64,000 nucleotides of DNA from an uncultured Gemmatimonadota bacterium (GTDB lineage: Bacteria; JAAXHH01): contig OX638340.1 of the NCBI GenBank assembly GCA_951812955.1, positions 1,952,001-2,016,000 on the forward strand, read 5' to 3'. A program made the translations under genes and the position numbers. The notes beneath the pieces are model-generated. The model was not told where the DNA came from. It was given only the letters and a program-made list of their open reading frames with translations, and made no database searches. Each line of letters begins with the position of its first letter. The first letter of the stretch is position 1. Below are positions 52,100 through 62,715 of the stretch, piece by piece.

Positions 52100-53272
52100 A
52101 TGGAGATGGTTTATCCGAGGAGGAAAACGCGGGAAGTCCGCGTAGGAAACATCACGATCGGCGGCCAGCATCCCATTGTCGTGCAGTCGATGATCACGGA
52201 GAACACGCGGGACGTCGCAGCGTGTGTGGAAGCGATCATCCGATTGCATGAACTGGGATGTGAAATCGTACGAGTGACCACACCTACGCTCGCGGACGCC
52301 CACAGCCTGCGGGAAATCAAGCATACCCTCGTTCTGAATGGTGTGGACGTGCCCCTGGTAGCGGATGTTCATCACCAGGGAACCCGAATAGCCGAGGAAG
52401 TCGCCAGGTCTGTAGACAAGGTACGTATCAACCCCGGCCTGTTCGTATTCCAGCGTCTGGCAGATTCCATCGAATACTCACCCGAGGAATTCGAGGCCGC
52501 GAGACAAAAGGTGGCCGATGATCTGGCCCCCGTAATCAAGGTCTGCCGGGAGCGGGACATCGCCATGCGCATCGGTGTGAACCACGGATCCCTTTCGGAC
52601 CGCATGACCGTGACATACGGAGACACGCCAGAGGGCATGGTGGAATCCGCGCTGGAATTCATTCGAATTTGCGAGTCGCACGACTACAGAAACCTGATCG
52701 TATCGCTTAAAGCGTCCCGCGTGCCCGTCATGATTCAGGCCAACCGCCTCATGGCCGGCCGTATGGACGAAGAGGGGATGGACTATCCGCTGCACCTGGG
52801 TGTCACGGAGGCCGGTGACGGCGAGTATGCCCGGGTCAAGTCGACCTCCGGAATAGGCACCCTGCTGGCAGAAGGTCTCGGCGACACCATCCGGGTATCG
52901 CTCGCCGAGGATCCCGCCAAAGAAATCCCGGTCTGTTACGATATTCTCCAGTCTCTGGGCCTGCGACGTACCAAGGTGGAGTTTATCGCATGTCCTTCCT
53001 GCGGACGAACCAAATTCAACCTGGAAAACGTGCTTGCGGAGGTCAAGGCGGCCACCGACCATCTCGCGGGTCTCGACATCGCCGTAATGGGATGCATCGT
53101 CAACGGCCCCGGAGAGATGGCCGATGCCGATTACGGGTATGTCGGACGCGCCAACGGGATTATCTCCCTCTACCGCGGGCGTGACTGCGTCAAGATGAGT
53201 GTTCCGCAGGAACGGGGTGTCGAGGAACTGGTCGACCTGATCAAGTCGGATGACCGTTGGGTAGATCCTTGA
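52100..53272 (+). CDS. ispG: 4-hydroxy-3-methylbut-2-enyl diphosphate synthase (flavodoxin)
   Basis: It begins '[27 protein letters not shown]' and ends with the C-terminal Cys triad 'CPSCGR ... [10 protein letters not shown]'. Confidence 0.9.
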   Translation: MEMVYPRRKTREVRVGNITIGGQHPIVVQSMITENTRDVAACVEAIIRLHELGCEIVRVTTPTLADAHSLREIKHTLVLNGVDVPLVADVHHQGTRIAEEVARSVDKVRINPGLFVFQRLADSIEYSPEEFEAARQKVADDLAPVIKVCRERDIAMRIGVNHGSLSDRMTVTYGDTPEGMVESALEFIRICESHDYRNLIVSLKASRVPVMIQANRLMAGRMDEEGMDYPLHLGVTEAGDGEYARVKSTSGIGTLLAEGLGDTIRVSLAEDPAKEIPVCYDILQSLGLRRTKVEFIACPSCGRTKFNLENVLAEVKAATDHLAGLDIAVMGCIVNGPGEMADADYGYVGRANGIISLYRGRDCVKMSVPQERGVEELVDLIKSDDRWVDP

Positions 53273-54092
53273 TCGATGGCAGGTCTCTATTCAGCATTTC
53301 CATGACATCCTTCAGCTCAAAAACGAAACCGAACGCCAGAGAGACGCGCCACAGCGCAAGTTCCTTGGCCGCTTCCGTTTCCGCCGTTTCCCGGTTTTCC
53401 ACGGCGGTCACCGCCTGGCGAATCGTGGAACAGATTATCCCGTAACGCCGCATGTCCAGCATGCCACCCGGCGACATGAGCAGGCACCAGTTGATAGCAA
53501 ATCCCATGTAGATGAGGTGGTTGATGCCGGCGGCGCGGCAGAGGGCGGCCAACTGGCGGCCGTTCTCAGCGACACCCTCGCCCGATTCCGGCCGTGCCTG
53601 GGGAGCGAAATCGATACGGTCGAATCCGCGCTTGATGTCGGCGGTGTTCCGGGCCCCTGGAAAAACCCGTTCGACCCGGAACCTGTTCAGTTCCTCGTAA
53701 ACGGGATCGCGGTCGACGGACTCCACCGGATCCGGTTCCGGGCCCGCCAGTTCGACGGCAGCCCTGTATCCCGGGTGATTCTCGTGATACCGGCCGCCGC
53801 CCACGACGTGGAACAACTTCATGCCATTCGCCCGGATAGCCTGGAGCAGCGGGGGAAACACCTCGCGGCTTATCTCCTCCGCCCTGGGAAAGTACTCGAC
53901 GGCGCGGTACCATCCCGCGTACTCCTCCAGGCTTCCCGTATCCCACGCGTGCATGACGACAAACGCCGTGTGGTCGGTGTCGATCTTTATTTCCGACCGC
54001 TGCCAGCCCCCGTAACCCTGACCCGGCGTTTCAAGTGCATAATCCGCATCGAATTGCTGGTAATACCCGGCGGGTATATTGATTATTGCCAT
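53241..54092 (-). CDS. Isochorismatase-family cysteine hydrolase-like protein
   Basis: '[10 protein letters not shown]' (Asp region) and 'GFAINWCLL' (G-x-x-T/N-x-C nucleophile context) are present. It is paralogous to 56488-57297. Confidence 0.5.
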   Translation of the reverse strand: MAIINIPAGYYQQFDADYALETPGQGYGGWQRSEIKIDTDHTAFVVMHAWDTGSLEEYAGWYRAVEYFPRAEEISREVFPPLLQAIRANGMKLFHVVGGGRYHENHPGYRAAVELAGPEPDPVESVDRDPVYEELNRFRVERVFPGARNTADIKRGFDRIDFAPQARPESGEGVAENGRQLAALCRAAGINHLIYMGFAINWCLLMSPGGMLDMRRYGIICSTIRQAVTAVENRETAETEAAKELALWRVSLAFGFVFELKDVMEMLNRDLPSIKDLPNGHPT

Positions 54093-54315
54093 GGTTCAAC
54101 TCCGCTGCCGCGTCTAGGTTTTTGCGACGGTCATGGGATGCGATGACTCCGGCGGCATGGCTGTGCCCGCCGTAGTAGAGGATAGATCGACTGGAGTGTG
54201 TATCGAGACTGATTTGGGTTGACCAAAATGCCGCGGCGACTTAACTTGTTGGTTTCACGGCGCGCCAGTCCCCGTGTCGTTCCCTTCCCAAGCCAGTTTC
54301 AGGAGGTTGTACTGC

Positions 54316-55629
54316 ATGCCCGACACGTTGACCGTCATAGACAATCGGACCGGCAAGGAATACGAGATTCCCATCATGTACGGGACCTATCCCAGGTACG
54401 GCGCGGCGATCCCCACCACGGACTTTCGACAGATCAAGGTGTCCGAAGACGACTTCGGCCTGCTGGGGTACGATCCGGCATTCAACAACACCGCCTCCTG
54501 CCGAAGCAGCATAACCCACATCGATGGGGAAAAGGGCATACTGCGCTACCGGGGCTATCCCATCGAGGACCTGGCCGTTAAAAGTTCCTTTCTCGAAGTC
54601 GCCTTCCTGATCGTTCACGGCATGCTGCCGACCCGGGCCGAGCTCGAAGAATGGTCACACGACATCACCCATCACGCGATTGTCCATGAGAACATCAAGA
54701 AATTCATGGACGGATTCCGGTACGACGCCCATCCCATGGGAATCCTGATCAGTACGGTTGCCGCGCTGTCCACCTTCTATCCGGAGGCCAAGCAGATTCG
54801 CGACGTGGCCATACGAAACGAACAGATCCACCGGCTTATCGCCAAGATTCCGACCATCGCGGCCTTTGCTTACCGGCACAGTCAGGGCTTTCCCTACACC
54901 TATCCGGACAATGGCCTGGGTTATTGCGGCAACTTTCTGTCCATGATGTATAAGATGACGGAACAATACTCGCCCGATCCCGTGCTGGAAAAAGCGCTGG
55001 ACGTGGTTTTCATCCTGCACGTGGATCACGAACAGAACTGCAGTGCCAACGCGATGCGCAGCGTGGGCAGTTCGCTGCCCGATCCCTACGTTTCCGTGGC
55101 CGCCGCCGCCGCCGGGCTGTACGGCCCCCTGCACGGTGGCGCCAATGAGCAGGTGCTGCATATGCTTCAGGAAATCGGTCATATCAGCCGGGTACCCTCA
55201 TACATAAAAAAGGTCAAGCAGGGGGATATCCGGCTCATGGGCTTCGGCCACAGGGTGTACAAGAACTACGACCCGCGCGCAAGGATTCTCAAGGAAATGA
55301 CCCACCGGGTACTGGGTGTCACCGGCAAGAACACGCTGCTGGACGTTGCCGTGGAACTGGAGCGGATCGCCCTTGAAGACGATTATTTCGTCAATCGCAA
55401 ACTCTATCCCAATGTGGACTTTTATTCAGGTCTCATCTACCAGGCCATGGGATTCCCGCTCGAAATGTTCCCAGTGCTTTTCGCCATTCCCCGCACCGTG
55501 GGCTGGCTGGCGCAATGGGCGGAGATGCTGGACGATCCCGACCAGAAAATCGCGCGACCCCGCCAGATCTACACCGGTGACGATGTCTGCGAATACGTAC
55601 CGATAGAGGACCGGTTGCAGGTCGGTTGA
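54316..55629 (+). CDS. gltA: Citrate synthase
   Basis: It shows 'ILRYRGYPIEDLA', 'GPLHGGANE' and 'GFGHRVYKNYDPRA', the canonical catalytic His/Asp motifs. Confidence 0.9.
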   Translation: MPDTLTVIDNRTGKEYEIPIMYGTYPRYGAAIPTTDFRQIKVSEDDFGLLGYDPAFNNTASCRSSITHIDGEKGILRYRGYPIEDLAVKSSFLEVAFLIVHGMLPTRAELEEWSHDITHHAIVHENIKKFMDGFRYDAHPMGILISTVAALSTFYPEAKQIRDVAIRNEQIHRLIAKIPTIAAFAYRHSQGFPYTYPDNGLGYCGNFLSMMYKMTEQYSPDPVLEKALDVVFILHVDHEQNCSANAMRSVGSSLPDPYVSVAAAAAGLYGPLHGGANEQVLHMLQEIGHISRVPSYIKKVKQGDIRLMGFGHRVYKNYDPRARILKEMTHRVLGVTGKNTLLDVAVELERIALEDDYFVNRKLYPNVDFYSGLIYQAMGFPLEMFPVLFAIPRTVGWLAQWAEMLDDPDQKIARPRQIYTGDDVCEYVPIEDRLQVG

Positions 55630-55657
55630 ACGAACGTCACCCGCGGATGAACGAACG

Positions 55658-56521
55658 TCACCCGCGCGGAACCCACCTGTAGGCTTCCCTGCTGTTGCCC
55701 CCCATGATTTTGTCCAGGACATCCGACCCCTTCGATTCGAAGCAGGCTATGGCCAGAGACTGTACCTGCCGGTAGGTAGCGTATCTCCAGGATACCGGCC
55801 AGTTGCTGGCATACAGCAGCCTGTCCTCTCCAAATGCGTGCCAGAGCACATCAAGGACCGGTCTGTAATAGGCCGGATCCTCCGGCGGCGGCGTATCCTG
55901 CGCCAGTTCCACCATACCCGATATCTTGCAGAAAACGTTGGGATGGGCTGCGACAGACTTAATGCCGGATGCCCATTCGTCATCCGGCCGACCGCCGGTC
56001 ACCGGCACGTGGGCGAGATGGTTCAGCACAATTCTGAGTCCCGGAAACCGCGCGGCGCAGGCAGCCACGCCAGGCAGCCACTCCTTGCCCACGAGCAGGT
56101 CCAGCGTGAGGTCGTGGGCGGCGAGTTGCTCCAACGCCCTGAAGTACACTGGGTCGTCCACCGGCGCCTTGCCCAGTCGGATGCCGTAGAACAGATCATG
56201 GCCCGCAAACCGGTTCAGGTCCGATTCGAAACCGGGATCCGGAGGTTCAAGGTGTCCCACCAGGCCCAGCAGGAACGGATCGGCCTCGGCAAGGTCCAGG
56301 ACCCACTGGTTGTCTTCCACCCAGGCGCTGGCTTCCACCACGACCGTTCCCGTGACGCCTTCAGACAACACTTCCCTTTTGAAATCATCGGGCATGATAC
56401 GCCGGTAGAGAAACTGGTCGCCGCGGTCCGGCCACGGCACGCCCTGCGGCCGGGTGGGGTCGTAGAAATGGGTATGGGTGTCGACGATCAAGTTATGTTC
56501 CTCTCTGAAACCTTCTGGCAA
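55658..56521 (-). CDS. Amidohydrolase-2 family TIM-barrel metal-dependent hydrolase
   Basis: The N-terminal motif is '[11 protein letters not shown]'. Downstream His/Asp ligand contexts include 'IVLNHLAH'. Confidence 0.65.
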   Translation of the reverse strand: MPEGFREEHNLIVDTHTHFYDPTRPQGVPWPDRGDQFLYRRIMPDDFKREVLSEGVTGTVVVEASAWVEDNQWVLDLAEADPFLLGLVGHLEPPDPGFESDLNRFAGHDLFYGIRLGKAPVDDPVYFRALEQLAAHDLTLDLLVGKEWLPGVAACAARFPGLRIVLNHLAHVPVTGGRPDDEWASGIKSVAAHPNVFCKISGMVELAQDTPPPEDPAYYRPVLDVLWHAFGEDRLLYASNWPVSWRYATYRQVQSLAIACFESKGSDVLDKIMGGNSREAYRWVPRG

Positions 56522-57297
56522 CTCTCGAAGAAATCCTCATTTGACGCAGAAAAGCCAAACTGCTGCTCGATCTCCCGGACCGCGATTTCCGTCACGAAGA
56601 GCTCGCCCAGCGTGTCGGGAAACTCGACGCCCGCCGTGCAGTCGCGCAGGAATACGATGTTGTATCCGTATCGGGCCATGGACCGGATGCCGTAGTCCCT
56701 GCCCAGGACGCACCAGTTGGTGGCAAAACCCGCATAGACCAGGTGAAGCACGTTCCGGTCGGCCAGCACCTCGTGTAGCTCGGCGCCGCTGGCGATCACC
56801 ACGTCTTCGTCGCGGACCTCCACGGCCGGCGAAATGGTCAGGTCGTCGCTGATGGGGTCCCAGTGAATGCCGATGCTCGGCGGCTGGCTTCTGGGTCCGC
56901 GGTAGGCATGGTACTCGCCTTCCCTGCCACGGAACGCCGGGGGTGGCCAGTCCGCGCCGCCACCCGGCGGATCGGGCGCCGCCGGATTGCGGGATGACTG
57001 GGAAAACTGCCGCGCCACTTCGGGCGAGGGGGCGTGAATCACGGTCAGCCCGGCATCCCGGCTCGATTCGATGGCCGGCACGATCGCCTCCCGGGTTACC
57101 CGCGCAGCCCGTTCGATCCAGCTGTCGATGAAATGGGTGTTCCACAGGTCCACCAGGACAAGCGCCGTCCGGTCGACGGGCAGTTCCATCCGGATTTCCC
57201 TGCGGATGAAGTTTTCTTCCCTGCAGGGCACACCGGCTGGCGTGCTGTCCTGGAAGTATCTCACTTTCAGATCGAGTATTGCCGGACTATCTGCCAT
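56488..57297 (-). CDS. Isochorismatase-family cysteine hydrolase-like protein (paralog of 53241-54092)
   Basis: '[13 protein letters not shown]', 'LTVIHAPS' and 'GFATNWCVL' are present. Confidence 0.55.
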   Translation of the reverse strand: MADSPAILDLKVRYFQDSTPAGVPCREENFIRREIRMELPVDRTALVLVDLWNTHFIDSWIERAARVTREAIVPAIESSRDAGLTVIHAPSPEVARQFSQSSRNPAAPDPPGGGADWPPPAFRGREGEYHAYRGPRSQPPSIGIHWDPISDDLTISPAVEVRDEDVVIASGAELHEVLADRNVLHLVYAGFATNWCVLGRDYGIRSMARYGYNIVFLRDCTAGVEFPDTLGELFVTEIAVREIEQQFGFSASNEDFFESCQKVSERNIT

Positions 57298-59353
57298 TTT
57301 TTCCTGCCTTCGTCTTGGGCTGTGACTGCTCAGGGGGCGCCGCCGTCTTCTGCGACGACGCTTGCGTCACATTCTGCTCACCGTTTCTCATGCGACGAAC
57401 GATTTCGTCCACGTCATAGACACATCCGCCCCACGCGCCTCCACCAGCCTGCTGCAGGATGGCCCAGAGACGAGTGTCGTCGGGCAGCTTCGGATCGACG
57501 GCGAGATCGGGCCGCGGCGGGCGATCGGCGAGCAGGCGGGTACCTTCCTCGACGCCGAAAGTGCGGTCATCGCTTCCGACCAGGTTGATGGAGCCGGTCA
57601 GGTTGTTCCGGTCTATGACGATTTCGACAAGATCGCCATCGATTACTTTGCCGATGGGACCGCCCGCCAGGGCCTCGGGACCGACGTGGCCGATACAGGC
57701 GCCCGTCGAGATTCCGGAGAATCGGGCGTCGGTTACCACGGAGACGTGCTTGCCGAAGGACAAATGCCGCAACGCGGCGGTGATCTGGTAGGTTTCTTCC
57801 ATCCCGGCGCCCATGGGTCCGCGGCAGATGAGGATCAACACGTCGCCGGGCTTGATCCCGTCCTCGCCCCGGCTTTTGATGGCTGCAATAGCGTCCCGTT
57901 CACGCGTGAATACCCGCGCCGGTCCCGTTTTCCGGTACACGCCATCCGGATCGACGACGTCCGGATCGATCGCCGTACTTTTGATGACCGACCCATCCGG
58001 CGCCAGGTTGCCCCGGGGGAACGTGACCGTGCTGGTCAATTGCCGGTTCCTCGCCCGTTCGGGAGACATGATGACGTCATCCGGATCGATCCCGTCCACC
58101 TTCTTCAGCCGCTCGCGGACCAGCTGCCGTCTTTCTGACGTTCGCCACCAGTCCAGGACCTGCCCCAGGGTCGCACCCGTCGCGGTGAGGGCTTCTTCGT
58201 TCAACAGGTCCGCCTCCCGCAGGTGCAGCATCACCTCCGGCACGCCGCCGGCGAGGAAGGCGATCACCGTGGGATATCCCGTGGGACCATTCGGCAGTAC
58301 GTCCACAAGCCGGGGTGTCCGGCGGTTGATCCTGGTCCAGTCTTCCACTGAGGGGCGCCGCAGGCCGGCGGCGTGGGCAACCGCCGGGATGTGCAGCAGC
58401 AGGTTGGTCGAACCCCCGAAGGCGGCATGGACCGTCATGGCATTCTCAAGCGCTTCTTCGGTCAAAATCCGCTTCACGTTCTGCCCCTCGGCGTCGAGCC
58501 GCATCAGCGCTCGTGCGGATCGCCGCGCCATGTCGGTCCAGATCGGCTGGCCCGAAGGCGCCAGCGCGCTGTGGGGCAACGAGAGTCCGAAGGCCTCCCC
58601 GACCACCTGCGAGGTCGCCGCCGTGCCCAGGAACTGGCAACCGCCACCCGGCGACGCACAGGTGCGGCAACCCATGTCCGCCGCATATTCCAGGGAGATC
58701 TCACCGTGGGCGTACCTCGCGCCGATCGACTGGATCTTGCCGGCGTCCTCGCCCTCTTCCGCCGGCAGCGTAACGCCGCCCGGTACCAGCACGCACGGCA
58801 GGTCATGGGACGCCGCCAGTGCGATCATCATGGCGGGCAATCCCTTGTCGCACGTCGCCACGCCGATCACGCCGCGGCGCGTCGGCAACGACCGGATCAA
58901 CCGCCGGAATATGATCGCCGCGTCGTTGCGGTAGGGGAGACTGTCCATCATACCAGGCGTGCCCTGCGTGCGGCCGTCGCAGGGATCGGTGCAGTAGCCG
59001 CCGAAGGGGATGCCGCCCAGCGCGGTCAACTCCTCGGCAGCCGCCTGCATGAGCAGGCCCACCTCCCAGTGGCCGGTGTGGTAACCCAGCGCCACCGGGC
59101 TTCCATCGGAGGCCCGCATTCCCCCCTGGGTGCTGAGGATCAGGTATTGCCTGCGGTTCAACTCGCGGGGATTCCACCCCATCCCCACGTTCTGGGACAG
59201 CGCGAACAGGTCGCCGCTGGGGCTTTCCCGCAACATGTCGTCGGTGAGCGGCAAGCTGCCCTCCGGACCGGGCGCACTGGATTGGATGTCGTAGATGCCC
59301 GGATCGGAATGACCGACGACGGCCTCGAAGGACAGCAGGGATGGAGGTTTCAT
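57287..59353 (-). CDS. IlvD/EDD-family dehydratase (sugar-acid dehydratase-like; long form with Q/P/K-rich C-terminal tail)
   Basis: '[15 protein letters not shown]' and '[16 protein letters not shown]' match the conserved [Fe-S]-ligand and substrate motifs of the family. At 688 aa it is longer than canonical IlvD. Confidence 0.7.
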   Translation of the reverse strand: MKPPSLLSFEAVVGHSDPGIYDIQSSAPGPEGSLPLTDDMLRESPSGDLFALSQNVGMGWNPRELNRRQYLILSTQGGMRASDGSPVALGYHTGHWEVGLLMQAAAEELTALGGIPFGGYCTDPCDGRTQGTPGMMDSLPYRNDAAIIFRRLIRSLPTRRGVIGVATCDKGLPAMMIALAASHDLPCVLVPGGVTLPAEEGEDAGKIQSIGARYAHGEISLEYAADMGCRTCASPGGGCQFLGTAATSQVVGEAFGLSLPHSALAPSGQPIWTDMARRSARALMRLDAEGQNVKRILTEEALENAMTVHAAFGGSTNLLLHIPAVAHAAGLRRPSVEDWTRINRRTPRLVDVLPNGPTGYPTVIAFLAGGVPEVMLHLREADLLNEEALTATGATLGQVLDWWRTSERRQLVRERLKKVDGIDPDDVIMSPERARNRQLTSTVTFPRGNLAPDGSVIKSTAIDPDVVDPDGVYRKTGPARVFTRERDAIAAIKSRGEDGIKPGDVLILICRGPMGAGMEETYQITAALRHLSFGKHVSVVTDARFSGISTGACIGHVGPEALAGGPIGKVIDGDLVEIVIDRNNLTGSINLVGSDDRTFGVEEGTRLLADRPPRPDLAVDPKLPDDTRLWAILQQAGGGAWGGCVYDVDEIVRRMRNGEQNVTQASSQKTAAPPEQSQPKTKAGKNGR

Positions 59354-60360
59354 GAATGGGTTTTTCCGTTTCCGATGCGTCCGACGTTGTCCAGCAGCGC
59401 CTTCATATAGCCCAGTGCGTACGCCCGGGAAGTCTGATGAAGGCCATCCGGATCAAGAACCAAACGCGGCACGTGATCGTCGATCATCGGACAGTCCACA
59501 CCGGCCTCCTCGTAGGCCATGAGGGACTCCATGGGGTCGACGTGGCCCTGGTCGATGAACGTTTCGGAGAACGCGGGGACGGGATTCGAGACGAATCGGA
59601 AATGGACGTAGTTGATCTTACCGCGCTTCCCGAAGTACCGTATGGCGTCGAGCGCGTCACCCGGCATTTCCGAAACTGTACCCTGGCAGAAACCCAGGCC
59701 GTTGTATTCACTGGGTACGATGTCGACAAGCCGTTTCAACGCTTCGTGACTGCGGAAGACGCGGGCGATTCCGCCGATCGGAGAAACAGGCGGGTCATCG
59801 GGATGCAGGCTCATGCGCACCCCGGCTTTTTCGGCCACCGGTATGACCGCCTTAAGAAAGTAGGTAATGTTGTTCCACATGTCCTCGTCGGATAGCTCCA
59901 GGTCATGAGGTATGGGCGGGTACCAGTAATCCTGCCTCGCACCTTTAACCTGCTCATAGTCGAAACTGGTGACGATCGCACCGCCTCTGCTTCGGGTCGA
60001 TTTGGAAGTGCGAAGTCCATAATTGCCGCCTACGTTGCGCAGGCTGAAGAAGTAACCGAGAACGGGAATCCCCACCGCGCCCATGTTTTCCACCGTCCTG
60101 CACCAGTTCTCGATCTGCTCGTCACGGCCGGGCAGTCCAAGCTTGATGTTGTCGCACCACTCGGGGGGCACGCCTTCGAGCACCGACCAGGTCAACCCTG
60201 CGTCTTCAATGCGCGATTTCTGAAGCGTCAAATCATGGAAATCGTAGTATCCCTTTGCGAGGTCGCAGTCCGGCACCCCGTTCACCACGTCCGTCACGCC
60301 CAGTTGCCGGGCGAAATCGAGGTGTTCGAGGTCCATCCTGCCGTTGACCGCAAGCTTCAT
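59350..60360 (-). CDS. Mannonate dehydratase (UxuA)-like xylose-isomerase-fold TIM barrel protein
   Basis: 'INYVHFRFV' and 'IDDHVP' resemble UxuA metal-site blocks. It overlaps the downstream dehydratase start by 4 nt. The assignment is tentative. Confidence 0.45.
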   Translation of the reverse strand: MKLAVNGRMDLEHLDFARQLGVTDVVNGVPDCDLAKGYYDFHDLTLQKSRIEDAGLTWSVLEGVPPEWCDNIKLGLPGRDEQIENWCRTVENMGAVGIPVLGYFFSLRNVGGNYGLRTSKSTRSRGGAIVTSFDYEQVKGARQDYWYPPIPHDLELSDEDMWNNITYFLKAVIPVAEKAGVRMSLHPDDPPVSPIGGIARVFRSHEALKRLVDIVPSEYNGLGFCQGTVSEMPGDALDAIRYFGKRGKINYVHFRFVSNPVPAFSETFIDQGHVDPMESLMAYEEAGVDCPMIDDHVPRLVLDPDGLHQTSRAYALGYMKALLDNVGRIGNGKTHS

Positions 60361-60466
60361 GGCTGGATCTCCACGATCGGCTGCATTCGTACCCTTTATC
60401 GGACGGTACGATCCCGTGTTTACCTTGACAGGACCGGCGGCGAACCGTATTATTACCGGGTCTTTA

Positions 60467-60541
60467 CGGGGTGTAGCGCAGTCCGGTCAGCGCACCTGCT
60501 TTGGGAGCAGGGGGTCGGGGGTTCAAATCCCCCCACCCCGA
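60467..60541 (+). tRNA. tRNA-Pro (anticodon UGG)
   Basis: A manual cloverleaf fits: acceptor CGGGGTG/CACCCCG, D-arm GCGC-AGTCCGGTCA-GCGC, anticodon arm CCTGC-TTTGGGA-GCAGG (UGG with G37), T-arm GGGGG-TTCAAAT-CCCCC, discriminator A. No CCA is encoded. Confidence 0.85.
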
Positions 60542-60614
60542 TTACCACTACCCGCGCGCCACGCTCATTTCCTGCCTTATCCAACGGTTCCCCCACGCAC
60601 AGTACACTCATTTC

Positions 60615-61358
60615 CTACGGTTCGCGGCTTCGGATTTCCACGTATCTTTCCATTCTGGCTACCTCGCCGTCGTCCACGTACTTCCCGATTTCACGACGGA
60701 ACTGCTCCATGTCGGTATAGGGACGGTACTCCTTGAACTCGTGGAGCATCCGGTCGCCCACACCCGGTACCGCCAGTATCTCCTCGTCGGTGGCCGTATT
60801 GAGATCGATGGGAACGAATACGTACTGTTCCATGCGGGCGACCTCGGCGTCGTCCACGTACTTGCCCATTTCCCGCCGCCACTGTTCGATGACGAGATAG
60901 GGCCGGTATTCCTTGAACTCGTGAAGCATCCGGTCACCCACGCCGGGCACCAGGAGTATCTCCTCGTCAGCGGCCGTGTTCAGGTCAATAGGGATAAACA
61001 TCTGCGCATAGAGCGCGGCGGTCTCATCGCTGCTTACGTGCTGCGTGACCAGCGCATCCAGTTCGCTCATGTCCGAAAAGGGGCGGGCTTCCACCACCAT
61101 GTCCGCAAGCTCCGCGGTCATTCCCGGCAACATGGCCAGTTCGTCGCTTCCGGCGAGGTTGGGATTCAGGACCGTCAGTACTGATTCGGCCGTAGATTCG
61201 ACGTCGGCGGGATCCGCCTGTTCCGCCGTAGATTCGACGTCGGCGGGATCCGCCTGTTCCGCCGTTTCGGAACCGCCGCATCCGCCGATCCCTACCGCGA
61301 AAAGGCAGGCAAGAAAAGTAGTCAGCAGGACGGTCTGGGATTGCTTGAATGTGATCAT
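60615..61358 (-). CDS. Lipoprotein with two ComEA-like helix-hairpin-helix DNA-binding repeats and an N-terminal tandem acidic repeat
   Basis: The signal plus lipobox is 'FLACLFAVGIGGCGG'. A 12-aa unit 'AEQADPADVEST' occurs twice. Two copies of 'IDLNTA(A/T)DEEIL(L/A)VPGVGDRMLHEFKEYRPY' carry the GVG hairpin of HhH motifs. Confidence 0.55.
   Translation of the reverse strand: MITFKQSQTVLLTTFLACLFAVGIGGCGGSETAEQADPADVESTAEQADPADVESTAESVLTVLNPNLAGSDELAMLPGMTAELADMVVEARPFSDMSELDALVTQHVSSDETAALYAQMFIPIDLNTAADEEILLVPGVGDRMLHEFKEYRPYLVIEQWRREMGKYVDDAEVARMEQYVFVPIDLNTATDEEILAVPGVGDRMLHEFKEYRPYTDMEQFRREIGKYVDDGEVARMERYVEIRSREP
60640..61000. repeat. Internal ~135-bp direct duplication (two HhH modules) within the lipoprotein gene
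   Basis: Two near-identical ~45-aa segments are encoded back-to-back. The nucleotide identity is visible by eye. Confidence 0.6.
61180..61260. repeat. 36-bp tandem repeat x2.2 (GCCGTAGATTCGACGTCGGCGGGATCCGCCTGTTCC) inside the lipoprotein N-terminus
   Basis: Two exact copies lie at 61180-61215 and 61216-61251, followed by a partial third. Confidence 0.8.
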
Positions 61359-61837
61359 GATTTCTCCATGATTTTGGTAGGAACACGATTTGAATTCAGA
61401 ACCGGGTGCCGAAGGCAGGCCACCAGGCCCAGCAGGCCGATCAACGTCATGGTGCCAGGCGCAAGAGACGGATAGGCACCTCCAAGCGCTTCCCACACCA
61501 GTTCAAGTCCTTCCCGCGATGGATACATTTCCAGTTCGAATTCCATATTGCCCTGGTAGTGCAGCCACTGGCCCGTGAAACCGGAAAGGATGAATAGTAC
61601 CATCATGACCTGGTACGCCCGTACGGCCGCGAAACCGGGCGAGCGTATGAGCCAGATCGAAACCGGCAAAGCGGCCGCGAGGAGCACAATCGGGGCCCAT
61701 TGCCAGTTGTCCTCCATGTGATCCAGGAGTATGAGTTCGAGACCAACGCCCACGATGCCCACAGTCAGAACGATGAGAACGAGGCGTCGAAGCGTCGAGT
61801 CATGGTCTCGCGGTAATCCGTGAGACGGTTTTTCCAT
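61355..61837 (-). CDS. Small polytopic membrane protein (4 predicted TMs), hypothetical
   Basis: A 160-aa protein with hydrophobic stretches and no motif. It lies immediately upstream of the lipoprotein gene on the same strand. Confidence 0.4.
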   Translation of the reverse strand: MEKPSHGLPRDHDSTLRRLVLIVLTVGIVGVGLELILLDHMEDNWQWAPIVLLAAALPVSIWLIRSPGFAAVRAYQVMMVLFILSGFTGQWLHYQGNMEFELEMYPSREGLELVWEALGGAYPSLAPGTMTLIGLLGLVACLRHPVLNSNRVPTKIMEKS

Positions 61838-61864
61838 GGCTTGGGCCTCGCGTACGTCGGGAAA

Positions 61865-62551
61865 TCAGAAGAGTGTATTCCTCACCAGGGGTGTCAGGAT
61901 ATCCGGGGTGTCGTTGGCCACGCGGTTTACCATGTCGCTGACAGGGCGGATTTCGTACGGACCTTCGTAAGGCGGCCCGATGATTTCCTTCAGGGTTTCC
62001 TGGGGCGTACCGGGATCGAGCCAATCGGTGAAGTCGTCCGGATCGACCACTGCGGGCTGGCGATCGTGGATATCCGTAAGTCCGGGCGAAGCTTCGGTCG
62101 TGATAATGGTGAACGATTCGATATGCTGGCCGTCCCGGCCCCACTGCTCCCACAGCGCGGCGAAGGAAACCGGCGCACTGCTTTCCAGCGCCAGGAAGTA
62201 AGGCTGCTTGCCGCCTCCGGTCCGCTTCCATTCGAACCATCCATTCGACGGGATGAGGCATCGCCGAGCCCGGAATGCCGATCGGAAGGCCGGCTTCTCA
62301 TGGACGGTCTCGGCCCGGGCATTGATGAGGCGCGCGCCGATCTTGACGTCTTTGGCCCAGAACGGCACCAGTCCCCAGCGAAGCACGGCCATGGACCTTG
62401 TCCCGTTTTCGTCCAGGCGGCAGAGCGCAAATTCCTGGGTCGGCGCACCGTTGTACCGTGGTTGCGGATCCAGCCGCGGCGTCGAATCGGGCAAGGTATA
62501 CAGCGTGTAGATTTGCTGCCAGGTCAGGTTCTGGGAAAGGCGGCCGCACAT
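61865..62551 (-). CDS. SOS-response-associated peptidase (SRAP/YedK/HMCES family; abasic-site DNA-protein crosslink sensor)
   Basis: The invariant N-terminus is 'MCGR' (Cys2 nucleophile). Family-typical 'WGLVPFWAKD' and 'NARAETV' are present. Length is 228 aa. Confidence 0.8.
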   Translation of the reverse strand: MCGRLSQNLTWQQIYTLYTLPDSTPRLDPQPRYNGAPTQEFALCRLDENGTRSMAVLRWGLVPFWAKDVKIGARLINARAETVHEKPAFRSAFRARRCLIPSNGWFEWKRTGGGKQPYFLALESSAPVSFAALWEQWGRDGQHIESFTIITTEASPGLTDIHDRQPAVVDPDDFTDWLDPGTPQETLKEIIGPPYEGPYEIRPVSDMVNRVANDTPDILTPLVRNTLF

Positions 62552-62651
62552 GGGTTCAGTCGTCCTCCCGGCATGATTCCAGCCCGGTTCGGCCGGTAAG
62601 GCGTTTCAGTCGACCAGAATGCTTGACCATATTACTCCGATATGCTTCATT

Positions 62652-62715
62652 ACGCTACCAATGCAAACGCCACAACAGTGCAATACGCTACCAACACAAA
62701 ACGCTACCAATGCAA
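62652..62715. repeat. Three copies of a 15-bp motif ACGCTACCAA(T/C)(G/A)CAA (62652-62666, 62685-62699, 62701-62715) in the divergent intergenic region between SRAP and SulP genes
   Basis: Read directly from the sequence. Confidence 0.7.
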
